The position numbers were made by a program, and so were the translations under genes. 64,000 nt of DNA, from assembly GCA_041641305.1 (NCBI GenBank), contig JBEPYN010000001.1:1-64000 (forward strand). Direction: 5' to 3'. This document shows, in pieces, positions 1-9,129 of the stretch. Positions within the stretch are counted from its first letter, which is position 1, and every line of letters starts with the position of its first letter. Origin of the DNA: Nitrososphaerota archaeon (lineage in GTDB: Archaea; Thermoproteota; Nitrososphaeria_A; Caldarchaeales; Caldarchaeaceae). The notes under the pieces are model-generated. The model ran no database searches. It had not been told where the DNA came from and saw only the letters and a list, made by a program, of their open reading frames with translations.

Positions 1-1628
1 TCAAACAATATGGATGAGATATGTTGAATTTTTTTGCGAAGCATGGTGGATGCTTTGGCAACGGCTCCACCCACCATAACCGCTCCTCTGCTGCCCCACA
101 AGCCTGTGCTAAACGGCGTCGATAGCGTATCACCCAACACGACCTCGACATCTTCCTCAGGCACCGATAAGATTTCTGAAACAATTTTTGCCAAGAGTTT
201 GTCAAGACGTGTGCCCATCGAAACGGCTCCGGAGAATACGACAGGTTTGCCGTCCATCGAGAGTTTGACGGCGGCAGCCTCGCTCGAACCCCACCGTTGC
301 GACACACCGCTCATCGTGGGAACAGAGCCTTTCACACCGACTGCATAGCCAATTCCTACAACTTCGGTATCTTTGCCGACAAGTTGACCGACCCGTTGGA
401 CTAGTGTTTCAAAGGTTTCGAGAGGCCTACCACTGTCAAGAATCATCCCTGTAGCCGTCATGTAAGGGATGTCCGAGGAAGAGATAAGGTTACGCCTCCG
501 TACAGTAACGGGGTCGAGGCCAAGTTTCTCGGCCAAGATGTCTAAAGCTTTTTCGCGGACAAATGTGGCTTCTGGATGACCGAACCCCCTATAGGCCCCC
601 GCAGGCGTCTTGTTTGTTACAATCAGGCTGACTTCGGCGGCGTAGTTCTCTATGCGGTAAGGGCCGGGCAGCATGTCTATCACGACATGAGCAAGCTCCA
701 GATAGCTATGCGGTATCAGTGGATAGGCGCCTACGTCGAGATATGCTTCGTCTATGAGAGCCTTTATTCTCCCATCTCTGTTGGCGCCGATTTTGATGCG
801 GTGGACCTGTTCCCGTGAGTGAGCCGCAGCCGAGAGGTTTTCACGCCTGTCCTCGACCCATTTTACGGGTCTGCCGGTTATCATGGACAGGGCCGCGACT
901 ACAACGTCTTCTGAGTAGGTGTGGCCTTTTTGGCCAAATCCACCGCCTATATCTGGTGCAATTACCCTTATCCTGCTCTCAGGCAAATTCAAAACCTCTG
1001 AGAGTATTGTCCTATGCATGTGAGGGTTCTGGTTTGGCGACCAAACCGTGAGGAACCCGCGGCCCGCATCGTAGCTTGCAACCGCGCCCCTTGTCTCCAT
1101 CGGAGAAGGAGCCACCCGATGTGTTGAGAATTTTCCTTCCACAACTACCTCGGCCTTCTCCAGCTCATCGAAAGGGTCACCGTATTTTCTCGAAAACTTA
1201 ACCATCGTGTTATTTTCCCAACCCTCGTAAAGCTCGGCCCCGGAGCTGAACATGTCCGACAAGGGTGGCAGCGGCTCATAATCGATTTCAACACTATTTG
1301 CAACGTCGTATGCTCTGTAGAGGTCTTCGGCCACGACGGCGGCTACGGGCTCACCAACATACCTAACGCGCCCGTTTGCCAAAGGCGTAACCTCCATGGC
1401 TCTGCATCCCTCAAAGGGGAAAGAAAGCCGAAACGGCTTGACAAAATCACTCAACATACTCCAAGTAAATACCCGGGCTTCCGAGATGTTTTCCGGAATT
1501 TTCAAACCATGTACTGCAGCGTGTGGATAGCTGCTCCTGACAAAAACGCAACGAAGCATCTTCGGCAAAGATATGTCGTCGACGAAGGAGGCGTGTCCTG
1601 TTAAGAATTTTACATCACGCATTGACAT
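1..1628 (-). CDS. Xanthine oxidase/CoxL-family molybdenum hydroxylase large subunit, 3'-truncated by the window edge (absent from the ORF track)
   Basis: Minus strand from ATG at 1628 reads MSMRDVKFLTGHASFVDDISLPKMLRCVFVRSSYPHA; later TNKTPAGAYRGFGHPEATFVREKALD, typical Moco-subunit motifs. Confidence 0.9.
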   Translation of the reverse strand, partial: MSMRDVKFLTGHASFVDDISLPKMLRCVFVRSSYPHAAVHGLKIPENISEARVFTWSMLSDFVKPFRLSFPFEGCRAMEVTPLANGRVRYVGEPVAAVVAEDLYRAYDVANSVEIDYEPLPPLSDMFSSGAELYEGWENNTMVKFSRKYGDPFDELEKAEVVVEGKFSTHRVAPSPMETRGAVASYDAGRGFLTVWSPNQNPHMHRTILSEVLNLPESRIRVIAPDIGGGFGQKGHTYSEDVVVAALSMITGRPVKWVEDRRENLSAAAHSREQVHRIKIGANRDGRIKALIDEAYLDVGAYPLIPHSYLELAHVVIDMLPGPYRIENYAAEVSLIVTNKTPAGAYRGFGHPEATFVREKALDILAEKLGLDPVTVRRRNLISSSDIPYMTATGMILDSGRPLETFETLVQRVGQLVGKDTEVVGIGYAVGVKGSVPTMSGVSQRWGSSEAAAVKLSMDGKPVVFSGAVSMGTRLDKLLAKIVSEILSVPEEDVEVVLGDTLSTPFSTGLWGSRGAVMVGGAVAKASTMLRKKIQHISSILF

Positions 1629-1658
1629 GGTGTTAAATAATTTTGATTTATCCTTTAC

Positions 1659-1673
1659 ATCTTTATTAAAGAT
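1659..1673. promoter_or_regulatory. Palindrome ATCTTTA-T-TAAAGAT in the divergent promoter region; candidate operator overlapping a TATA-like element
   Basis: Perfect 7-1-7 inverted repeat between the Mo-hydroxylase gene and the ECF genes. Confidence 0.4.
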
Positions 1674-1736
1674 TTTGCTCCCACTCAGTCCCTATTCATA
1701 AACGCTTATAACCGAAGCAATAGCTGAATATGGACC

Positions 1737-2327
1737 GTGAGTAGCGAGGAAAGAATAGTTAGGAAAAGGAGTCCGACAACGCTCGTCGCCCTGTTTATAG
1801 TCTCCGCCGCCATCACAGCTGTCCTCGGAGCCTTCGGAAGCATCGTCTTTCCATTTTTAGCTCCGATATCGTCTTTCTACCCAGGCGTGGCCTTCCAAGT
1901 CAGCTTTGGAGTATGGTTCGGAATAATCGGCGCACTGGCAGGAGGTTTTCTCGGCCCCTTCATAGGGATAGTGCTGACCGGCACATCGGCGCCCATCGCT
2001 GCGGCTGTCGCTGTGGGAGACTTTTTCCAAGCCTTCATCCCAATGCTGGCGTTCCGTCTCGGTAGGTTCGACCCACGTCTCAAGTCAGGTAAAGACTGGG
2101 CGGGACACATAATCTTCAACGTGGTGATTGCCCAGGCCGTAGGCGCTACAATAGGTTCTGGGTCCTTGGCCGCTTTCGGGGTCTTTCCATGGGACATCTG
2201 GCCAATTGCGTGGCTAGGCTGGTTCGGTAGCAACGTCGTTGTCGTCGGCGTCATAACGACAATCCTGTTCAAGGTCTTCTCAGATTACCTGATGCGAACA
2301 GCCCTCTACATCGAGCGGTTCATCTAA
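1737..2327 (+). CDS. Putative ECF transporter substrate-binding (S) component
   Basis: 196-aa protein with about 6 hydrophobic segments, directly upstream of EcfT. Confidence 0.65.
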   Translation: MSSEERIVRKRSPTTLVALFIVSAAITAVLGAFGSIVFPFLAPISSFYPGVAFQVSFGVWFGIIGALAGGFLGPFIGIVLTGTSAPIAAAVAVGDFFQAFIPMLAFRLGRFDPRLKSGKDWAGHIIFNVVIAQAVGATIGSGSLAAFGVFPWDIWPIAWLGWFGSNVVVVGVITTILFKVFSDYLMRTALYIERFI

Positions 2328-2333
2328 CCGGGC

Positions 2334-3161
2334 ATGGCGTTCATAATAAGCGACATTCTAAAAGGCCTAATCCTCTACACCCCCAAAAACTCTTTTTTTG
2401 TCAAAGTTCACCCCGCAGTAAAACTGTTTGTCGTAATAGTATTCAGTTTCGCCGCTTTGTTAACCCCTAACCACAGCCTCGCCCTAGTCAACTTGATACT
2501 CATTGTTGTAACCGTTGTTGCGGCACGGGTTCCGGCGAAGGCTCTTCGTCTCTACACCTTTGTCATAGGGTGGATGCTGCTGGTTTCCTTTATTTTCTAT
2601 AGCTTCTTCACCCCGATACGCTCCGGCCCCATTTTGGCAACCGTCGGTTCCTTGAGGATAGGTTATGAGAATTTTATGGCGTGGCTGCTTGTCGCACTCA
2701 AGTTTCTCGCGGTCAGCTACGTCACGGCCCTACTCTTGGCCACTACTAAGCATAGGGATTTGGCAGTTGCTCTGAGAACATGGAGGTTGCCCTATGTCGT
2801 CAGCTTCACCTTCGCATCCATACTGCGTAACCTCGCGGTTGTATCTGTCGACTTGTTCACCATCATCGATGCACAGAGCTCTCGCGGTCTCAACTTCCGC
2901 AAAGGAAACCCGGTCCAAAGACTTGCGAAATTTGTCCGCGTCGGCATACCTCTTATATACGTATCCCTCAAAAGAACCGAGGAGATGAGCAATGCCATGG
3001 CCTCGCGTGGCTTCAAGGTCCGTGGAAAGAAAACGATGTATTACATCATACCGATGCGGATGAGAGACTACTTGGTTTCTGGGTTATTTACTCTGCATCT
3101 CGCCATAGTGCTCGCTGTCATGCTGGGAGTTCTGCCATTCCCCAAATTCGTATTTTTCTAA
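2334..3161 (+). CDS. ecfT: ECF transporter transmembrane (T) component, CbiQ family
   Basis: N-terminal HPAVKL; two X-R-G motifs (AQSSRG, AMASRGF). Confidence 0.9.
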   Translation: MAFIISDILKGLILYTPKNSFFVKVHPAVKLFVVIVFSFAALLTPNHSLALVNLILIVVTVVAARVPAKALRLYTFVIGWMLLVSFIFYSFFTPIRSGPILATVGSLRIGYENFMAWLLVALKFLAVSYVTALLLATTKHRDLAVALRTWRLPYVVSFTFASILRNLAVVSVDLFTIIDAQSSRGLNFRKGNPVQRLAKFVRVGIPLIYVSLKRTEEMSNAMASRGFKVRGKKTMYYIIPMRMRDYLVSGLFTLHLAIVLAVMLGVLPFPKFVFF

Positions 3162-4441
3162 AGGAGATACGTGGGGCCGGTGCTGCGGTAGTAAAACCTC
3201 GGCGGGTCAAACAGGTATTCGTCTGGGCATGTAACTTTGAGCTGTTTGTTGTTCAGCTTTATGTTGCGGCGGCTTGGTCTCGAGTCTTTGCCCCTTAGCC
3301 CGACAAGGTTTCCGTCAACTATGACGCCGGCGATTCCTATCATGTCACCTGCCTCGATGCTTTCTAACGCGTCGTTGCCCACACTTCCGGGAGGAGCGTC
3401 CATTACCAGAAGGTCGCCTGCACGGCCTGGCTCAATTTTACCCATGTTGAACTCGCTGGAGTATTTTCCGTAGCAGTCCAGTATGTTGCCTGTGGCTGTT
3501 GCGATGGCTTTTTCCGCTTGAAGTCCACATATGGATGAGAGAAACAGGATAGCGCGGTGGATGGCTACGGGCAGGTAGCCCTGGCCGGTGGGAGTGTCGC
3601 TCCCTACAATCAGTCGCTTAAGCTGGTTGCGCGACTTGAGATACTCATAGACACGTAGCGCCATCTTCATGTTTCCATAGGGTATGATCTCGAGCTTAGC
3701 ATCTCCGGTCCCATCTATCGCGGCTTTAACAACCTCCCAAGGTGGAGCTGTTGTGCCGCCGTTGATGTGAGCTATTTTGTCCGGCTTAATCGATGAGACA
3801 AGCTCGGCTGTCATGTTGAGGCTCTCTGGCAATACGCCAGGCCCGAGGTTCGTGGAGACAAAGTATCCCAGCTCCCGTGCCCATGACACCATTTCCTGAA
3901 TTTTTTTGGGGTCGTTGATGTTGGATGAGCCGCCTATCTGGCCGACACGCCACACTCCAGCGTTGCGTAGCTGCACAAAGTCTTCACGCGTTAACCCTTT
4001 GACAAGCATTATGGAGCCCGCGAAAACCTTCATCGCTCCTCCTGGCCTATAGTTTTTGTATGCCTTTTGCGAGAGAATGGCTGTAGCCTTTACTCCTTCT
4101 GGGTCGGCGCCATAGAAGAGTGGCAGCCCCTCAAACTGCAGCCATTCGTCGACGATGGTTGCTGTGCCCTGCAGCAGTGTTTCAGTGAGGAGACCGACCA
4201 TGTGCTGCATCGGAGAAAAGTCACCAAAGGATAGGTGAGTGTGCGGGTCTATGAAGGTGGGTGAAGCAGTCATTCCATCGGCGTCTATGACGATGTCCGC
4301 CGATTTCTCACCAATCTCGTCACTGTATCCAACCGCCTGTATGATTCCGTCAACTATTTTTACAGTGTCTGCTTTCAGAACACCCTTGTCCCAATCTCCG
4401 CTAACAAGCTTCCCTATGTTTGTTACAATTGTTGTAACCAC
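3158..4441 (-). CDS. Enamidase-like amidohydrolase
   Basis: NIGKLVSGD, DPHTH, GDFSP, AHINGG, GSDTPTG, ATGN, PPGSVG recall Eubacterium barkeri-type enamidase. Confidence 0.8.
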   Translation of the reverse strand: MVTTIVTNIGKLVSGDWDKGVLKADTVKIVDGIIQAVGYSDEIGEKSADIVIDADGMTASPTFIDPHTHLSFGDFSPMQHMVGLLTETLLQGTATIVDEWLQFEGLPLFYGADPEGVKATAILSQKAYKNYRPGGAMKVFAGSIMLVKGLTREDFVQLRNAGVWRVGQIGGSSNINDPKKIQEMVSWARELGYFVSTNLGPGVLPESLNMTAELVSSIKPDKIAHINGGTTAPPWEVVKAAIDGTGDAKLEIIPYGNMKMALRVYEYLKSRNQLKRLIVGSDTPTGQGYLPVAIHRAILFLSSICGLQAEKAIATATGNILDCYGKYSSEFNMGKIEPGRAGDLLVMDAPPGSVGNDALESIEAGDMIGIAGVIVDGNLVGLRGKDSRPSRRNIKLNNKQLKVTCPDEYLFDPPRFYYRSTGPTYLL

Positions 4442-4472
4442 GTCGCTTTCTCAGGCTTGAGGAGATTTATGT

Positions 4473-5303
4473 TTATTTGTTTAAGAGGTTCTTCACGGAT
4501 TCTACGAACTCGGCGACAGTGAGGGAGGGTTCTTCAAACCCGAGGTTTGCCATGCGTGATGACAAAATGGTTACCTGCGGAGGCTTGAGTTGAGCATCTC
4601 GGAGTTTTTCAAAGTCGGTTAACGCCTGCCGGGTCGGCTTGTCGATAAACACCTTTCCATCCTTCATTATTATGCATCTATCAGCATACTCCGCAACCAA
4701 GCGCATGTTATGGGTGATGAAAACGACTGTTTTTCCCTCCTTGTTTAATTTTTTCAAGATCTCCATTACCTCATAGGACTGTCTCATGTCCTGCCCAGTT
4801 GTAGGCTCGTCCACCACAAGGGTGTCTGGACGCATCGTCAAGACGCTGCACAACGCGACTCTAAGTCTGTCAGCCTTGCTGAGTAGAAACGGGTGAACAT
4901 CCCGGTATCGATCAAGCCCAAACAATCTGAGAGTCTCGTCGACGACTTGTTTAACCTCGTCCTCGGATGTGCCAAGATTTCTTGGCCCGAAAGCCAGCTC
5001 CTCCCAGACGGTTCTCATACATATCTGGTGGTCGGGATTCTGGAAAACATATCCAACTTTTTTGGCAAGGTCGGCCACGGAGGCTTCACGTGTATCTATG
5101 CCATGGACTATCATCTGACCACTTGTTGGCTTGAGTAATCCATTAATGTGTTTAGCTAGAGTCGTTTTACCGGAGCCGTTGTGCCCTATAAGAGCCACGA
5201 ATTCGCCGCGTCTGATTGATAAGTTAACATTGTGAAGAGCCACTACCCCGTTTGAGTAAACGTGGCTCAGGTTTTTCGCCTCGATTACGTTATCGTTAGA
5301 CAA
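4473..5303 (-). CDS. ecfA: ECF transporter ATPase (A')
   Basis: Walker A GHNGSGKT, Q-loop FQNPDHQ, Walker B VVDEPT; signature degenerate (LSKAD). Confidence 0.9.
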   Translation of the reverse strand: MSNDNVIEAKNLSHVYSNGVVALHNVNLSIRRGEFVALIGHNGSGKTTLAKHINGLLKPTSGQMIVHGIDTREASVADLAKKVGYVFQNPDHQICMRTVWEELAFGPRNLGTSEDEVKQVVDETLRLFGLDRYRDVHPFLLSKADRLRVALCSVLTMRPDTLVVDEPTTGQDMRQSYEVMEILKKLNKEGKTVVFITHNMRLVAEYADRCIIMKDGKVFIDKPTRQALTDFEKLRDAQLKPPQVTILSSRMANLGFEEPSLTVAEFVESVKNLLNK

Positions 5304-6159
5304 ACTTTTTCACCGGTATCAGTTTTTTCAACATCTCCTCGGCCTCGTCTAACGTGATGGGTATTTCCAGCTCGTTAGTGAGTTCTCTTCTGAGGAGAAG
5401 AGCTATCTCCACCACCTGTGGAGCCGGTACGCCCGATTTGGATAATTCCTGGGAGTCTTTAAAGAAGCCTCTGAAGTCTCCATCATAGAGAATACGGCCC
5501 TCATTCATCACAACCAACTTGTCAGTGAAAGGCGCCAGCTCCTCTAAAATGTGTTCAACAACGATTATAGTGATGCCTTGTTTCTTGAGGTGTTGTAGTA
5601 CGTTAACCACTTCTTCTTTCCCTATAGGGTCGAGCTGTCCAGTAGGCTCGTCGAGAATCAAGACCTTAGGCTTCATGGCCAGTGCCGCCGCTATCGCGAC
5701 GCGTTGTTTCTGGCCGCCCGAAAGTTCATAGGGCGCCCTCTCCAGCAAGTCCTCAACCCTAACAAGCTTAGCCACCTCATAGACTCTTTCCCGCATCTCC
5801 TCCAGAGGCAGAGCAAGATTCTCAAGTCCGAAGGCGATCTCATCCTCCACAGACATCGTCAGGAACTGGCTTTCAGGGTCCTGGAAAACAATCCCAACCA
5901 AGTTGGCCATGTCTGAACTGTCGAGAGAGAAGGTGTCCTTCCCAAAGACGTTCACTTTTCCCTTCAATGTGCCGTTGTAGTGATGAGGGATAAGGCCTGA
6001 CATGGCGAGGCATAGGGTTGTCTTACCAGCGCCCGTCGGCCCGGTAATTACCACAAATTCCCCTTCTTGGACAGAGAGGTTTATGTCTGATAAAACCCAG
6101 TCCGAGCTTGTGGCGTATTTCCACCAGAAAGACTTGACTTCTATAGGTTTCTCGCTCAC
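5296..6159 (-). CDS. ecfA: ECF transporter ATPase (A)
   Basis: GPTGAGKT, FQDPESQF, LSGGQKQR, LDEPT. Confidence 0.9.
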   Translation of the reverse strand: MSEKPIEVKSFWWKYATSSDWVLSDINLSVQEGEFVVITGPTGAGKTTLCLAMSGLIPHHYNGTLKGKVNVFGKDTFSLDSSDMANLVGIVFQDPESQFLTMSVEDEIAFGLENLALPLEEMRERVYEVAKLVRVEDLLERAPYELSGGQKQRVAIAAALAMKPKVLILDEPTGQLDPIGKEEVVNVLQHLKKQGITIIVVEHILEELAPFTDKLVVMNEGRILYDGDFRGFFKDSQELSKSGVPAPQVVEIALLLRRELTNELEIPITLDEAEEMLKKLIPVKKFV

Positions 6160-6180
6160 CCAGCATCACCTTTTCATCAA

Positions 6181-7533
6181 CTATTTAAACATCTTTCGAA
6201 CTTTTTCGACAACATCTTTCGGCAAGCTCGGAACGGTTGTCTGGGAATGTTTCCAATGTGGTGGTGTGGTTGCATCTATGACAGCCCTGCTTGTGAACCC
6301 TGCTTTTTCCTGCGAAGGGTCAAGCATGTTCCCATCTGTGACTGGGAACAAATGTATGTTGCGGTCTGGCTGGCTTCGTGTAGCGACTGCCCACAACACT
6401 TGTTTTTCGTCAAACACATCTATGTCGCCATCGACGAGGATAACATATTTCACGTAGGGGTTGGCGCCCATGAGAAACATTGCAGCCCGTATCTGGATAC
6501 CCTCCTTCGCCTCTTTATCCACGGAAAGAATTGCTACAAAATGTGTTCCCCATACAGGGAAATTGATTGCTTTCACCTCAGGTATGGATTCTTTGAGTTT
6601 TTTGTACAAGTTGGCCTGCATCGGTAATCCACCTAGCAGTAGATGTTCGGATGAGTTGGCGGGGATAATGGTGTGAAAAATTGGTTTTTGTCGATGTGTG
6701 ATGCAGTCGATGATCATTACGTTGCGGGTGGAGCGGCCTGAGACATAGCCGGTGTATTCGGAGAAGGGGCCTTCGTCTTCGTAGACATCGGTCAAAATCC
6801 GGCCCTCGAGAACTATCTCCGCGTTGTGGGGCACAAGGATGTCATTCGTTTCGCATTTAACCAGCTCAACCGGCTCTGATGCAAGGGCGCCAGCCAATTT
6901 GTATTCATCGGTTGTCCTAGTGGCTGCTGCGAGATAAAGTGTCGGATGACATCCTATGACGACGGAGACGTGTAGCCAAGGTCGCCTGAGCTCGACGGCT
7001 CGGTTAAAGTATCTCCAGAGGTTGCCTCGAGAATGTATGCTAACGCCTAGTCTGTTCCTGCCTTTAACCATGAGTCGGGCAAAGCTCAAGTTCACTTCTC
7101 CGGTTTCGGGATGGTTTGCCACAACAATTCCCGACGTTATGTATCGTCCACCATCCTCCAAGAAAAACTTCTGAGCAGGTAACATGCCTAAATCAACGTC
7201 GCCGTAAAAATGCTTCACCTCCTTGACAGGCCCCGTAGAAACAACCTCTGGCTCAACCGTAGCACCGGTTTTCTCGAGCCATCTATCATAAAAATTCAAT
7301 GCATCTGAGCCAATCATCCGCGCGACACGATTCCTAGAGCCAAAGATGTTTGCCACAACTGGCATGGTGTAGTCAGAAACTTTTTCAAAGAACAGAACAG
7401 GGCTGCCTCTCTGCTCAAACATCCTCCAGACAGCTGTTATCTCATAATCAGGTGAGACCGGTTCGGAAACTTTCACAAATTCCTCCGGATAGTTTTGTCT
7501 GAGGTCTTCGAGATATTGACGCAGGTCTTTCAT
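6181..7533 (-). CDS. UbiD-family prFMN-dependent (de)carboxylase
   Basis: EDGGRYIT, EIVLEG, EGPFSEYTGY, VDGDIDV, WAVATR, LDPS, IDAT motifs. Confidence 0.9.
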   Translation of the reverse strand: MKDLRQYLEDLRQNYPEEFVKVSEPVSPDYEITAVWRMFEQRGSPVLFFEKVSDYTMPVVANIFGSRNRVARMIGSDALNFYDRWLEKTGATVEPEVVSTGPVKEVKHFYGDVDLGMLPAQKFFLEDGGRYITSGIVVANHPETGEVNLSFARLMVKGRNRLGVSIHSRGNLWRYFNRAVELRRPWLHVSVVIGCHPTLYLAAATRTTDEYKLAGALASEPVELVKCETNDILVPHNAEIVLEGRILTDVYEDEGPFSEYTGYVSGRSTRNVMIIDCITHRQKPIFHTIIPANSSEHLLLGGLPMQANLYKKLKESIPEVKAINFPVWGTHFVAILSVDKEAKEGIQIRAAMFLMGANPYVKYVILVDGDIDVFDEKQVLWAVATRSQPDRNIHLFPVTDGNMLDPSQEKAGFTSRAVIDATTPPHWKHSQTTVPSLPKDVVEKVRKMFK

Positions 7534-7605
7534 CAGTCGAAGGGGTGTCGCGGTGTTTTTATCTATTATGAATCATTATAAACGAGCAGCCCGCGTCCAG
7601 TTGCT

Positions 7606-8559
7606 GTGCGGCTTGGCATCGCTCTTGTTCCGGAGTTTATTGGAAGGGTGAGGATGGTTTCCACCGGTGTCTCAGCGGAAAAGGTTGGTTACGATTCTGT
7701 GTGGGTCCCTGAGCATCTGAACGGCGGCGAGGCCTTCTCTCTGCTCGGTGCGATAGCAGCTAGGACTTCGAGGATAAAGCTCGGAACTGCAGTGGTTAGC
7801 ATAAACCTCCGCCATCCATCACTTACAGCCTTGGCAGCCGCGACGCTGAGCGATGTCTCAGGAGGACGCTTCACTTTAGGCCTTGGTTTGGGAGATCTGA
7901 CACAGCTGAGAAACTCCTTCGGCATAGTGGACGAAAAACCGGTGAGGTCGATGATTGAAGCTGTTAAAATTTGTAGACAAATCTTCCAGGGAAAGTCAGA
8001 TTTTGAAGGCGAAAGGTTTCAATCACATCTTCATCAACTAGTTAAGCCGGCGAAGCCTCCGAAAATATTCATGGCAGCTGTGGGTGATCAGATGCTCAGA
8101 GCAGCCGGGAGACACGGAGACGGAGTAATCTACTCAGTCTTCATGTCGCCTGAATCTATTGAAAAATCAAACGCAGTAATAAAATCTATGCCGATGTTCT
8201 CGCGTAGAAGTGATGATTTCGTGTTTATGGGATTGTTGGCAACAGCTTCAGAGAAGAATCGCCAGCAATTGAGGGAGTTGGCGGCTGTTTTTCTCTCATG
8301 GCCACGCAGAGCTGAGCAATCTCTTTCAACTTGGTTACTTCATAAAATAGATGTGGAGAAGATAAGAATGCTTCTGTCAAGAGGTGAAACAAGAAAAGCC
8401 GGTGAAATGGTGGACGACGAGGTGCTCGAGAGTTTCGCATGCATAGGCAACTTCAAAACAATACACAGGAAAATCAGAGAGTTTCTCGATGCCGGGATAA
8501 CATATCCTGTCCTGTATCCTGTGGGCGATGCCAAACATTTTTTGGAGAGAAAGGTATAA
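7606..8559 (+). CDS. LLM-class, probably F420-dependent (Mer-like), oxidoreductase
   Basis: WVPEH, TSRIKLGTAV, RHP, SGGRFTLGLG, AAGRHGDG. Confidence 0.85.
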   Translation: MRLGIALVPEFIGRVRMVSTGVSAEKVGYDSVWVPEHLNGGEAFSLLGAIAARTSRIKLGTAVVSINLRHPSLTALAAATLSDVSGGRFTLGLGLGDLTQLRNSFGIVDEKPVRSMIEAVKICRQIFQGKSDFEGERFQSHLHQLVKPAKPPKIFMAAVGDQMLRAAGRHGDGVIYSVFMSPESIEKSNAVIKSMPMFSRRSDDFVFMGLLATASEKNRQQLRELAAVFLSWPRRAEQSLSTWLLHKIDVEKIRMLLSRGETRKAGEMVDDEVLESFACIGNFKTIHRKIREFLDAGITYPVLYPVGDAKHFLERKV

Positions 8560-8573
8560 AGCGTGAGGTAAGC

Positions 8574-9053
8574 TTGCAGTATGTGTTGAGGGTTCTGTAT
8601 TTAGGTGTGACTGCTGTTGTTGCAGCCGCTGCTGTAATAGCCTTGGTTTTCGGTGTGGGTTCTCTTCCAGAGGTCTCAGACATATCTATGAGAAAAGGCA
8701 CTAACAGCGCTGGTATCTTTTTCGACCTTCACAACAGGGGATTTCTGCCTGACTGTGTTGTCGATGTGGAGGTGCTGGGCGAGGCTCACATGGGTGAGCA
8801 GGCTCTTCGGGCCGAGCTCCATAGAACGGTCATGGAGGACAACGTGATGAGGATGGTTAAGGTTGATAAGGTCTGTGTCCCACCCTTCAGCACAGTCAAA
8901 TTGAGAGGTGCCGAGGGAGAAGGGTACCACATCATGGTCTTCGGGGAGGTGGAGCATTTCGACAGCTTCCACGTTCATCTTAAGATGGAGAGCGGTAAGG
9001 TTATACATTTCGATGTCCAGCCCCTGGGGACAGGGTATCAGCACAGCCATTAA
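8574..9053 (+). CDS. Copper chaperone PCu(A)C family, membrane-anchored (probable TTG start at 8574)
   Basis: N-terminal TM; AELHRTVMEDNVMRM...GYHIMV (H/M copper ligands); SD-like GTGAGG upstream. Confidence 0.8.
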   Translation: MQYVLRVLYLGVTAVVAAAAVIALVFGVGSLPEVSDISMRKGTNSAGIFFDLHNRGFLPDCVVDVEVLGEAHMGEQALRAELHRTVMEDNVMRMVKVDKVCVPPFSTVKLRGAEGEGYHIMVFGEVEHFDSFHVHLKMESGKVIHFDVQPLGTGYQHSH

Positions 9054-9129
9054 ACCAGCCCTTATCTGAAAATTTTTTGGGTCTGAGAGAAGGCATACTA
9101 TATAAAGGGGGAATTATCAAGGATTGACG

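Noticed and set aside
570-605. Calling the first gene aerobic CO dehydrogenase CoxL
   Set aside because: The active-site loop is AYRGFG, not AYRCSFR (form I) or AYRGAGR (form II).
34-1051. Three plus-strand ORFs in the track
   Set aside because: Antisense shadows of the minus-strand Mo-hydroxylase gene that runs off the window.
8439-8573. Long N-terminal extensions in the ORF track (also at 24435, 29442, 35819, 51492, 56702)
   Set aside because: They overlap neighbouring genes or promoters; family motifs and SD-like sites support downstream starts.
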